A DNA stretch of 64,000 nt, from positions 64,001 to 128,000 of the forward strand of contig CAWAGQ010000004.1 in NCBI GenBank assembly GCA_963781585.1, written 5' to 3'. The translations under genes and the position numbers were made by a program. This document shows, piece by piece, positions 1 to 8,589 of the stretch (position 1 is the stretch's first letter; the number at the start of each line of letters is the position of its first letter). The notes beneath the pieces were generated by a model, which did not search any database, was not told the DNA's origin, and was given only the letters and a program-made list of their open reading frames with translations. Source of the stretch: an uncultured Gemmatimonadaceae bacterium (GTDB taxonomy: Bacteria; Gemmatimonadota; Gemmatimonadetes; Gemmatimonadales; Gemmatimonadaceae).

Positions 1-2
1 GG

Positions 3-659
3 CAGCAGCTGTTCGGGAAGTCCTCCACCCGGTACCCGGAGTACTACCGTCCGAATCCGGCCAGCAAGCGGTACGTGCAGCACCTGCGGCTGTGGTACGC
101 GCAGAGCCATCCCGACGAAGATTTCGCGGAGACGTTCGCCGTCTGGTTGCGTCCCCGCTCCGACTGGCGCCAGCGGTATGCCGGATGGCCGGCGCTGAAG
201 AAGTTGCAGTACGTGGACGATCTGATGGACGAGATTGGAGCACGACGCCCTATCGCGACGCGACGCCGGGAAGTGGACCCGCTGCACTCGCTGCGGAAGA
301 CACTGGCGGAGCACTATTCGGCGCGGCGCCGTAAGTACACGGTGACCTTCCCCAACATCTACGACGCCGAGTTGAAGCGACTGTTCTCCGACGAGCCGCG
401 CCACCGGCGGAATGAGGCAGCGTCTTCGTTCCTGCGCCGGTACAAGACCGAGATCCGCCGCATGGTCTCTCGCTGGACGGGAGAGTACCAGTACACCCTG
501 GAGACCGTGTTGAATCAGATGATCGGCCGATGCGGGCACCTGCGCCTGCGGGTGGCGGGACCGGAACGCGAGCTCTTGATGAACTTCGTGGTCGTGCTCA
601 CCGTGCAGACGATGCACTTCCTCTACGCGCAGCATAAGCGCGACTGGATCGCGTTGTGA
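3..659 (+). CDS. Putative zinc-binding metallopeptidase (Peptidase_Mx-like), 5'-truncated by the window edge
   Basis: Frame is open from position 3 (QQLFGKSSTRYPEYYRP...); YAQSHPDEDFAETFAVWL motif typical of this family. Confidence 0.7.
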   Translation, partial: QQLFGKSSTRYPEYYRPNPASKRYVQHLRLWYAQSHPDEDFAETFAVWLRPRSDWRQRYAGWPALKKLQYVDDLMDEIGARRPIATRRREVDPLHSLRKTLAEHYSARRRKYTVTFPNIYDAELKRLFSDEPRHRRNEAASSFLRRYKTEIRRMVSRWTGEYQYTLETVLNQMIGRCGHLRLRVAGPERELLMNFVVVLTVQTMHFLYAQHKRDWIAL

Positions 660-666
660 TGGGCCG

Positions 667-1686
667 ATGAAGAAGTTCCGGGTCCTCGCCCTCATGCATC
701 CGGAGCTGGTCCCGCCCGCTGACGCGGAGCGGTACTCGGAGGAGGATCGCTTCGAGTGGAAGACCGAGTGGGATGTGGTCCGGACGCTGCGCAAGATCGG
801 CCACGACGTCCGCGCGCTCGGTGTGCAGGATGAACTGCAACCCATCCGGGCCGCGATCGAGGAGTTCAAGCCCGACATCGCGTTCAATCTGCTCGAGGAG
901 TTTCAGGGCAATGTCCTCTTCGACCAGAACGTGGTGAGCCTGCTCGAACTGCTGAAAGTGCCGTACACGGGGTGCAACCCGCGCGGGATGGTGATCTCGA
1001 GGGAGAAGGCGCTCTCGAAGAAGCTCCTGATCTACCACCGCATCCACGTCCCGGCCTTTCACGTCTTTCCGGTGGGGAGAAAGGTCCGGCGCCCGCGCGC
1101 CCTCGGCTTCCCGCTGATCGTGAAAAGCCTTACCGAACACGCGTCGCTGGGCATCTCGCGCGCCTCCCTGGTCAACACCGATGAGGAGTTGACCGACCGG
1201 GTCGCCTTCGTGCACCGCCGCATCGCGACCGATGCCATCGCCGAGCAGTTCATCGAAGGACGCGAGATCTATGTCGGCGTGCTGGGCAACGAGCGGCTCA
1301 CCGCGCTGCCGCCGCGGGAACTGGTGCTGGAGCACTCGCGCACCGATGCCCCGCTCATTGCCACGGAAAAGGTGAAGCACGACCTCGAGTACCAGAAACG
1401 GCACGGCGTCGACCAGAAACCGGCGGAAAACCTCCCGTCCACGGTCGACGCCACCATCGCCCGACTCAGCAAGCGCATCTACCGCATTCTCGGACTTACC
1501 GGCTACGCCCGCCTCGACTACCGCCTGAGCGCCGACGGCCGGCTCTGGTTTCTCGAGGCGAATCCGAATCCCGAGATCGCGATGGGAGAAGAATTCGCGT
1601 CGGCGGCCCGGCAGGCCGGGATCTCGTATTCCGATCTGCTGCAGAGAATCCTGAATCTCGGCATGCGGGGGGCAGAGGGGGACTGA
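667..1686 (+). CDS. ATP-grasp ligase of the D-Ala-D-Ala ligase family (non-canonical)
   Basis: PYTG, KALSKK, FPLIVK, SLGIS, EQFIEGRE, YARLDYRL and LEANPNP motifs; lacks the N-terminal GGxSxE of true Ddl. Confidence 0.8.
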   Translation: MKKFRVLALMHPELVPPADAERYSEEDRFEWKTEWDVVRTLRKIGHDVRALGVQDELQPIRAAIEEFKPDIAFNLLEEFQGNVLFDQNVVSLLELLKVPYTGCNPRGMVISREKALSKKLLIYHRIHVPAFHVFPVGRKVRRPRALGFPLIVKSLTEHASLGISRASLVNTDEELTDRVAFVHRRIATDAIAEQFIEGREIYVGVLGNERLTALPPRELVLEHSRTDAPLIATEKVKHDLEYQKRHGVDQKPAENLPSTVDATIARLSKRIYRILGLTGYARLDYRLSADGRLWFLEANPNPEIAMGEEFASAARQAGISYSDLLQRILNLGMRGAEGD

Positions 1687-1699
1687 CGCGCCGCCTCCC

Positions 1700-3820
1700 T
1701 CACCACCTGACACGCGCGGTGGCATAGGCCGCGCGGGGCGCGCCCGGGGCCACCTTCTGGCCTGCCACCAGTTCCGGGTAGCGCCGATCAAAGACGTTGC
1801 GCACGCCCACGTCCCACTCCAACCGCCCCACCCGGATCAGCGCACTCGCGTGCGCGAGCCCGTAGCCGCCCAACAGCACTCCCGGTTCATCGAACGGCGC
1901 GTACGGGCCCAGCCAGTTGCCGCTCAGCCGCAGGCGCCACGAGGCGGCAGGCGGGCCAAGCTCGATCGCTGCCACTCCGACGTACTTTGCCGTGTTGAAG
2001 ACCCGCAGGCCGTCCAGTACTGCCGGCGCCGGCTCCTCCTGTCGAGACGGCACGTCCGCCGTCGCACTCCGGCGCGCGGGGCCGCCCGCGTCGACGGACA
2101 CCACGCGATCCTCTTCGCCGCTGCTCACGAGATGCCGGTAGTGCGCGTCCGTGAAGGTCCAGTCGGCAGTGAGACGCGCGGTCGCGACCGGCTGCCAGTC
2201 CAGCTCCAGATCCACTCCCTGGCGCACGCTCTCCCCGCCGCTCGTACTCTCCAGGGTGACGGGGTTGAAGGTCTGCTCGTTGCTCACGTTCATGCGAAAG
2301 AGTGACGCGGTCGCGCGCGTCGTCCGTGTGTCCAGCTTGAGACCGGTTTCGTACGCCCACGCCGTAATCAGTGGTAGCGAGGGATCCTCGATGACGCCGT
2401 CGGTGGATCGAAAACCACGCGACAGGTTTCCGTACGCCGAGACCGAAGAAGTGAGGCGTAGAATCGCCCCGAGCTTGGGCGACACGATGCCGTTTGTCCC
2501 GCTGACGGCCGCCTCCCCGACCGGTTCGGAGCGTGTGTTGAGGGCGTCGGCCCGCAGACCCGCGTCCAGCCGCAGACGCGAAGTGAGTCGCGTGGTGGAC
2601 TGGACAAACAACGCGCCCGATGCCTGACGAGCGGCGAGTTGCGCATCCGTGGAATCGCGCGTGCGATCGGTGGTGAAATACGCTCGATAGTGCGAGCGAT
2701 CCCATCGTCCCTCGACGCCCAGCGTGACATCCTCGCGCGCTCCGGACCAGGTGGCCGCACTCGTCAGGCCGAGACCCACGCGACGGTCCTCCTCCTCGGT
2801 CTGGCTTCCGGTGCCCTCGAATCGCCCGCCGGCGGGAGGCACGGTCAGGAAGAGCTGCCAGCGACCCTGCGTGGCATAGACCGTACTGCGCCACAGCAGC
2901 GATGACGAGAGGACACGCAGGCTCAGGCGCTCCTGAGCCCGTCGCTTGAAGCCGCCGTCGGAGCCGTTGCTGACCACGTCATAGTTGCCCAGCGCGAAGT
3001 CGTCTTCACCCAGGTAGCCCGGCGAGTCCCAGTTGGCACCGTACAGCTCGACTCCGCCGTCCAGGGTCGTTCCGGGCCGAAGGTCGCGGACCAGCCGCGC
3101 GTGTCCCTGGACCAGGCCGTTTCGTGCGTTGGGCCGAAAGCCGTCCTCGCGTTGCACGCGCAAGCCCAACACACCGCCCCCCGCCGGCCCATTGTCGAAT
3201 CCCGTCAGCAATGTGGCGTTCGCGCGGCCGTACGAGCCGCCTTCGACCGACGCCTCAGTGCCTGTCATGCGCTCCAGCGTTCGTACGTTGATCACGCCGC
3301 TCAGCGCGAAGTTGCCGAAGAGCGCACTGGTAGGGCCCTTGATCACGTCAACGCTCTGCAGGCCGCGCGGGAAGAGCACGCTCCAGTCGTTGTAGCCTTC
3401 GGCGTGGCCATTCACGGGTTCGTTGACCGGCACGCCGTCGATCCAGAGGGCCAGGTCGGTGGAATGGTCCGAGCTGAATCCCCGGATCGAGGCGTTCGAG
3501 GCGAACCCCGGACCTTGACCCTGTTCATGTACCTCGACGCCGGCGGTCATGCGCATCAACTCCCAGGCGCTGTTCGCCGGCGTCACGGAAAGGACCGGCG
3601 CGTCGATGTGCAGAGCAGCGCTCGGCGCGCGGCGCTCGGCGGGCGTCGTGGTAATGGTAACTTCTCCCAGGCGATGGGCACCCTGAGCCGCGCCGCTATC
3701 GACGCCGGTGGTGTCACGGCCCGGCAGTGGTCGCTGCGCCCCGACAGGGAACGTGACACTCACGAGCCCGAGCAGGACCGCGGGCAAGACAGGCCAGCAT
3801 AACGCGCCGCGCTTCTTCAT
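1700..3820 (-). CDS. TonB-dependent outer-membrane receptor
   Basis: Signal peptide from ATG 3820 (MKKRGALCW...); plug motifs IRGF...IDGVPVN and VDVIKGPTSALFG; C-terminal GVRNVFDRRY...RVRW. Confidence 0.9.
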   Translation of the reverse strand: MKKRGALCWPVLPAVLLGLVSVTFPVGAQRPLPGRDTTGVDSGAAQGAHRLGEVTITTTPAERRAPSAALHIDAPVLSVTPANSAWELMRMTAGVEVHEQGQGPGFASNASIRGFSSDHSTDLALWIDGVPVNEPVNGHAEGYNDWSVLFPRGLQSVDVIKGPTSALFGNFALSGVINVRTLERMTGTEASVEGGSYGRANATLLTGFDNGPAGGGVLGLRVQREDGFRPNARNGLVQGHARLVRDLRPGTTLDGGVELYGANWDSPGYLGEDDFALGNYDVVSNGSDGGFKRRAQERLSLRVLSSSLLWRSTVYATQGRWQLFLTVPPAGGRFEGTGSQTEEEDRRVGLGLTSAATWSGAREDVTLGVEGRWDRSHYRAYFTTDRTRDSTDAQLAARQASGALFVQSTTRLTSRLRLDAGLRADALNTRSEPVGEAAVSGTNGIVSPKLGAILRLTSSVSAYGNLSRGFRSTDGVIEDPSLPLITAWAYETGLKLDTRTTRATASLFRMNVSNEQTFNPVTLESTSGGESVRQGVDLELDWQPVATARLTADWTFTDAHYRHLVSSGEEDRVVSVDAGGPARRSATADVPSRQEEPAPAVLDGLRVFNTAKYVGVAAIELGPPAASWRLRLSGNWLGPYAPFDEPGVLLGGYGLAHASALIRVGRLEWDVGVRNVFDRRYPELVAGQKVAPGAPRAAYATARVRW

Positions 3821-3909
3821 TCGAACACTCCACGTCTGCAAACAATCCAGCACCGGCGCACGGGGTGTGCGCGGAGGCTCGCGCCCCGAGGGCGCGGGCG
3901 AGGAGAGCG

Positions 3910-4326
3910 TCAGGCGTGGTTGGTCGGCGGCCCGATGGCCGGGGGAAGATCGACCTGTTCGTTCCGCGACGAGAGCGGACCCGGCGATCGGTGCGGGGAA
4001 GGTGGGGAGAACGCAACGGCCGCCTCGACCACCGCAATCGGCGGCTCGAGGCGTGCAAGCGAGGCCGCACCCATGCATCCGCCGAGGCACGTGCAGTGCG
4101 CGTGCGCAGGTCCGTTGTCGCCCTCAGGGGCCGGGCTCGAATCCTGGTGGTGTTGACCGGGCGACGTATCACCGGCGCCGGTGTGCATCGACGCCATATG
4201 ACCCGAGCCGGCCCCCCCGGGATGGTGCATCGGGCACGGGTTGAGCGCATCCAGATCCGCCGCCGACAATGAGAACCAGACGGCAAGCAGCGCGGCAAGC
4301 ACTCGGCGCGGCCGGGAATGGCGCAT
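3910..4326 (-). CDS. Small exported His/Cys-rich protein, DUF2946/CruR-like upstream ORF
   Basis: 138 aa: signal-like N-terminus, CPMHH, HCTCLGGC, C-terminal LPPAIGPP; about 90 nt upstream of the TonB receptor, same strand. Confidence 0.7.
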   Translation of the reverse strand: MRHSRPRRVLAALLAVWFSLSAADLDALNPCPMHHPGGAGSGHMASMHTGAGDTSPGQHHQDSSPAPEGDNGPAHAHCTCLGGCMGAASLARLEPPIAVVEAAVAFSPPSPHRSPGPLSSRNEQVDLPPAIGPPTNHA

Positions 4327-4333
4327 GGGGCGA

Positions 4334-4361
4334 AACTTAGAGCCGGATGCCGAGGAGGCAA
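4334..4361 (-). promoter_or_regulatory. Sigma70-type promoter giving a probable leaderless transcript of the uORF
   Basis: Minus strand reads TTGCCT-16 nt-TAAGTT-7 nt-ATG(4326); no Shine-Dalgarno. Confidence 0.55.
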
Positions 4362-4458
4362 TGCTGCATGGCCCCGTTTGCGGGCTGGCGAACCCGCCTA
4401 TATTCGTTCGTCCATTGGACCACCACTGCGCCACAGAGACGGGCTTCGCTCCACTCCG

Positions 4459-5010
4459 ATGAGCCGAACCACGACCGCGCCGCGGCCCCCAACGGTCGCG
4501 CCGTCATCTTCGCTGACCCGCGGGTTGGCCGCCATGTGCCTCATAGCCGTCATCGGGAGCCCGGCCGGTGCGCAGGACTCCGCCGCTGCCGCGCCTGCGG
4601 AGAGGGCCGCCTCAGCCGGTGTCTACACCGAAGCCCAGGCGCAGCGCGGTGAGACGGCCTACAACACCAGTTGCCTGGAATGCCATTCGGCGAAAGCCTA
4701 CACAGGAGACGACTTCAAGCTCGCCTGGGTGAGCCGGCGCGCCTACGACCTGTTCGATCGCATCAGCAGCACGATGCCTGACGACAACCCCGGCGTCTTG
4801 CCGCGACAGGACTATATCGACATTGTGGCGTACATGTTCTCGTTGAACGGATATCCCAAAGGAGGGGATGAGCTCCCGACCGACGACGACGGACTGAAGC
4901 GCGTGCGGATCGACTCGCTTCCGGGGATGCCCGGCGCCACGGGCGCCGCGCACGGGACGTGGTCGGCACGACTGCTCCGGCAGGAATTGCGAGCGAAGGC
5001 CCGGCGCTGA
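4459..5010 (+). CDS. Periplasmic c-type cytochrome (monoheme)
   Basis: Signal peptide (AGA-QD), GVYTEAQAQRG, CLECH heme motif, MP axial ligand (TMPDDNPG). Confidence 0.85.
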   Translation: MSRTTTAPRPPTVAPSSSLTRGLAAMCLIAVIGSPAGAQDSAAAAPAERAASAGVYTEAQAQRGETAYNTSCLECHSAKAYTGDDFKLAWVSRRAYDLFDRISSTMPDDNPGVLPRQDYIDIVAYMFSLNGYPKGGDELPTDDDGLKRVRIDSLPGMPGATGAAHGTWSARLLRQELRAKARR

Positions 5011-5045
5011 CCGGCAGACTTCTACAACGTGAGCGGAAACAGACC

Positions 5046-6602
5046 ATGGCCAGGAAACGGAAGCCGGCAGCGCCCAAGTCGAACGTCGCGACCGCAAACC
5101 CGCCCGTGCCGCCGGGTCGTAGCCCGGCCCAGGACTGGATGGAGCGGGAAGCGCACGGTGAGTTCGACGGCGTGCTGGATCGGCGCGGTTTTCTGAAGAT
5201 CGCGGGGGTCCAGGCGGGCCTCCTGGTGGCGGGGGCGCACGCACCCGTCGCGCCACCAGCGGCACCGGGATACCTGACCAGGCCTCCGGCGGTCAATGGT
5301 CGGTCGTACGACGTGGTGGTCGTGGGCGCGGGAGCCTGGGGCGGGTGGACGGCTTACTGGCTTCGTCGCCTGGGCGCGAAGGTCCTGATGGTGGACGCCT
5401 ATGGCCCGGGCAACGCGCGGTCCACCTCGGGAGACGAGACGCGCGGCATGCGCACGTCGTACGGCGATCGTCCTCACGGCGAACAGTGGATGCGGTGGGC
5501 GAGCCGTGCCACCACCAGATGGAAATCGTGGGACGATGAGTGGGGACGCGATCTGAAGATGCGCCTCTTCCACACCACCGGCGACTTCATCTTCCGGAGC
5601 GACTGGGAAAACTTCACCAAGACCACCCGCGACCTGTTCGTCAAGGTCGGCGTCCGGCACGAAGTGGTGCCGGTGGAAGATGTGCGCAAGGCGTATCCCA
5701 TGATCGATCTCAACGACATCAAAGTCTGCCTCCACGAACCCGACGCTGGTGTGCTGCGCGCCAGGCGATCCTGCCAGTGCGTGGCTGAAGTCTTTCTCAA
5801 GCTCGGCGGTGAAATGCAGGTCGTGCGCGCCTATCCGTCTGTCGCCCGGAACCGCCGCATGGGAGAACTCGTGCTGTCCAATCGCGACAGCGTGAAGGGT
5901 GAGCACTACGTTTTCGCCCTGGGGCCGTGGATGCCGAAGATCTTTCCCGGCGTGATGGGCGTCCGCATGCGCACACCGGTGGGGCAGGTCTGCTACTTCG
6001 CCACGCCGGTGGCCGACTATCGCTACACGTATCCCAACCTGCCCAGCTACAACTTCCCCGGGGTGACAGGTTGGCCCACGCTGCCGTTCGACAGCTGGGG
6101 GTTCCGCGTTCGCGGCGGGACCAATCCGGCTGGCGGAGGTGGAGCCCGGGGAGGCGGTGGTGGTGGCCGTGGTGGCGGCCGGGGCGGATCGGGGGGGCGC
6201 GGCGGTGGGAGGGGCGGCTTCGGCGCGGCTACCGGCGACCGGCAGCAGGACCCGGACCTCAGCGATCGTTTTGTGGACGTCGACTACCAGGCGCGTGCGC
6301 GCAACTTTCTTGCCGAACGATTCCCCGAACTCAAGGATGCCCCGCTCAACGGCACGCACGCGTGTCACTACGAATTGAGCATCACGCGCAATTTCATCAT
6401 CGACCAGCACCCGGAAATGTCCAACGTGTGGCTCGCCGGCGGCGGCTCGGCCGAGGGCTTCAAGTTCGGACCGGTCGTGGGCGAGTACGTGGCAAGACGC
6501 GTGCTGGGCAAGGATCTCGAGCCGGAGCTTGCGGACGGCTTCAGGATTCCTGACCAGACCTACGACACAGTGGTGGCGGGCGGAGGCCGAGGCGGAGACT
6601 GA
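5046..6602 (+). CDS. FAD-dependent oxidoreductase (sarcosine oxidase/DAO family) with twin-arginine signal
   Basis: DRRGFLK followed by a hydrophobic stretch; VVVGAGAWG FAD motif; STSGDETR; GGSAEGFKFGPVVG; start may be 5139. Confidence 0.8.
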   Translation: MARKRKPAAPKSNVATANPPVPPGRSPAQDWMEREAHGEFDGVLDRRGFLKIAGVQAGLLVAGAHAPVAPPAAPGYLTRPPAVNGRSYDVVVVGAGAWGGWTAYWLRRLGAKVLMVDAYGPGNARSTSGDETRGMRTSYGDRPHGEQWMRWASRATTRWKSWDDEWGRDLKMRLFHTTGDFIFRSDWENFTKTTRDLFVKVGVRHEVVPVEDVRKAYPMIDLNDIKVCLHEPDAGVLRARRSCQCVAEVFLKLGGEMQVVRAYPSVARNRRMGELVLSNRDSVKGEHYVFALGPWMPKIFPGVMGVRMRTPVGQVCYFATPVADYRYTYPNLPSYNFPGVTGWPTLPFDSWGFRVRGGTNPAGGGGARGGGGGGRGGGRGGSGGRGGGRGGFGAATGDRQQDPDLSDRFVDVDYQARARNFLAERFPELKDAPLNGTHACHYELSITRNFIIDQHPEMSNVWLAGGGSAEGFKFGPVVGEYVARRVLGKDLEPELADGFRIPDQTYDTVVAGGGRGGD

Positions 6603-6620
6603 GCATCACCGGGCCGACTG

Positions 6621-6660
6621 AAAAACAGCCGGGCCTCGTTGCGGGGCCCGGCTGTTCGTT
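6621..6660. terminator. Intrinsic terminator between convergent genes
   Basis: AACAGCCGGGCC...GGCCCGGCTGTT stem; A5 on the left gives a U-tract for the minus-strand csp gene. Confidence 0.8.
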
Positions 6661-6677
6661 CAGGATGGCGGCGTTGG

Positions 6678-6890
6678 CTAGTGGCCGAGACGAACCACGT
6701 TTTCTGCTGCTGGCCCCTTCTTCCCCTCCACTACGTCGAACTCGACCTTTTCTCCCTCGGCCAGCGTCTTGAAGCCCTTGCCCTGGATGGCGGAGTGATG
6801 CACGAAGCAGTCCTTCGACCCATCCTCGGGAGTAATGAAACCAAACCCTTTCGACTCGTTGAACCACTTCACCGTGCCGGTCGTACGCAT
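6678..6890 (-). CDS. cspA: Cold-shock protein (CspA family)
   Basis: [19 protein letters not shown]...FVHHSAI...KGPAAENV, 70 aa. Confidence 0.95.
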   Translation of the reverse strand: MRTTGTVKWFNESKGFGFITPEDGSKDCFVHHSAIQGKGFKTLAEGEKVEFDVVEGKKGPAAENVVRLGH

Positions 6891-7104
6891 TGCGCTACTC
6901 CGTGTTGTGAGGTGTACTCGGAGTGCGGCCGGGCCGTACTGACCGATCACCTGATGTGCGTGGGACCGCCCCCACGCGGGCTGGAACCGAATCACCGGTC
7001 GACGACCTGTCGGCCGTCGGTCCCGTATACGGAAAGAGGGCTGGCGCGAGAGCCAGCCCTTCGCTCGCAGTAGTCCCGTTCCACGCCTGTTGTGCGCGGG
7101 CTCA

Positions 7105-7132
7105 AAACTAATGCGCCCGGCAAGCCCGGCAA
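7105..7132 (-). promoter_or_regulatory. Putative csp promoter, implying a 5' UTR of about 200 nt
   Basis: Minus strand TTGCCG-16 nt-TAGTTT. Confidence 0.5.
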
Positions 7133-7455
7133 GTAGGGATCGGCGGTCCGCTCGGGGCGCGTCCGCTTCCGTTCGAGACCGTCCGGGCCGCCGCCCGTTT
7201 CGACCACTGTCGTTCCAGCCGGTTTCCACGGGAGCAGAAGCTGCGGTAGTGGCTCAGGAGCCACCACCGAAGCTGCGATCAGATTGAGGCAGTTGTCGCC
7301 GGCAACTAGGTTGCGTGATACTGCGATGTAGCGATTCGGAACCTGGCGGCAACAGGGGTGGAGAAGAAGCGGCGGGCTCGGTCGTCGTGTGTCACTGTTG
7401 CTCCGTCGTCGCGACGACGCATCTACGTGGGAAACAAATCCTCGGGGGCTGCCTC

Positions 7456-8589
7456 ATGAAGGTGAATCGGCTCCGCGCTTTGCATGACGCGGGTCAAGCT
7501 GTCTGGCTCGACTATATCGATCGCACGCTGCTGCACGACGGGACGCTCGAGCGCCTGATCCGCGACGACGCGCTGATGGGGATGACGTCCAATCCCACGA
7601 TCTTCGACAAAGCACTGTCCGAGGGCAACGCGTACGACGCGCAGATTGCTTCGCTGGCAGGGGAACTCGCGGGCCAGGCGCTCTTCGAACGGATCGAGAC
7701 CGATGACGTGCGCGCCGCCTGCGACGTCTTTGCCGATGTGTTCGCCGGCACCAAAGGGGCGGACGGCGTGGTATCGATCGAAGTCTCGCCGCGTCAGGCG
7801 CACGACGCGCGCGGCACGATCGAGGAGGCGCGTCGCCTCTGGGGCACGGTTGCCCGACCCAACGTCATGGTGAAGGTGCCCGGTACTCTCGAGGGCGCTG
7901 ACGCCATCCGAGAACTGATCGCGGAGGGCGTGAACGTCAACGTCACGCTCCTGTTCTCGATCGAGGCCCACGCGCGCGTCATCGAGGCATACCTGGCGGG
8001 CCTGGAGCGCCGGGTGGCGGCCCGACAACCGGTCGACCATCTGCTGTCGGTGGCGAGCTTCTTTGTCAGCCGCGTCGACACCGAAGTTGACAAGCGGCTG
8101 GAAGCCAGGGCGGCACAGGTCGCGGGTGCGACGCGCGATCACCTCCTGGCGTTGCGTGGTCGGGCGGCGATCGCGAACGCGAAGCACGCGTACCGCCTGT
8201 TTCAGAACCGGTTCTCCGGCCCACGGTGGGACGCGCTCGCGGCCCGCGGAGCGCGCGTCCAGCGACCCCTCTGGGCGAGCACCAGCACCAAGAACCCGGC
8301 GTACCGCGATGTGATGTATGTGGAAGGGCTGATCGGCCCGGACACTGTGAACACCATGCCACCGGCCACGCTCGAGGCGTTCCGCGAACACGGCGAGGTG
8401 GCCCGAACGGTCGATCGCGATCCGGATGCCGCCGACGCCCATTTCACTGCACTGACCGATGCCGGAATCGACTTCCGTGACGCGACCGACAAACTGCTCT
8501 TCGATGGAGTGGCCTCGTTCGCCAAGTCGTTCGATTCGGCGGTGGCCGGCATCGAGCGAAAAGCCGCGGCACTGGTGTCCAGCCGGTAG
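7456..8589 (+). CDS. tal: Transaldolase
   Basis: WLDYI, GMTSNPTIF, VMVKVPGT, VNVTLLFS, SFFVSR, QRPLWASTSTK. Confidence 0.95.
   Translation: MKVNRLRALHDAGQAVWLDYIDRTLLHDGTLERLIRDDALMGMTSNPTIFDKALSEGNAYDAQIASLAGELAGQALFERIETDDVRAACDVFADVFAGTKGADGVVSIEVSPRQAHDARGTIEEARRLWGTVARPNVMVKVPGTLEGADAIRELIAEGVNVNVTLLFSIEAHARVIEAYLAGLERRVAARQPVDHLLSVASFFVSRVDTEVDKRLEARAAQVAGATRDHLLALRGRAAIANAKHAYRLFQNRFSGPRWDALAARGARVQRPLWASTSTKNPAYRDVMYVEGLIGPDTVNTMPPATLEAFREHGEVARTVDRDPDAADAHFTALTDAGIDFRDATDKLLFDGVASFAKSFDSAVAGIERKAAALVSSR

Noticed and set aside
3821..4090. N-terminal extensions in the ORF track (TonB receptor to 4090; also TolC to 45093, dinB to 59356, csp to 7229, Mo-enzyme from 54948)
   Set aside because: The extensions overlap other real genes or precede clear signal peptides or family starts, so I trimmed them to more plausible starts.
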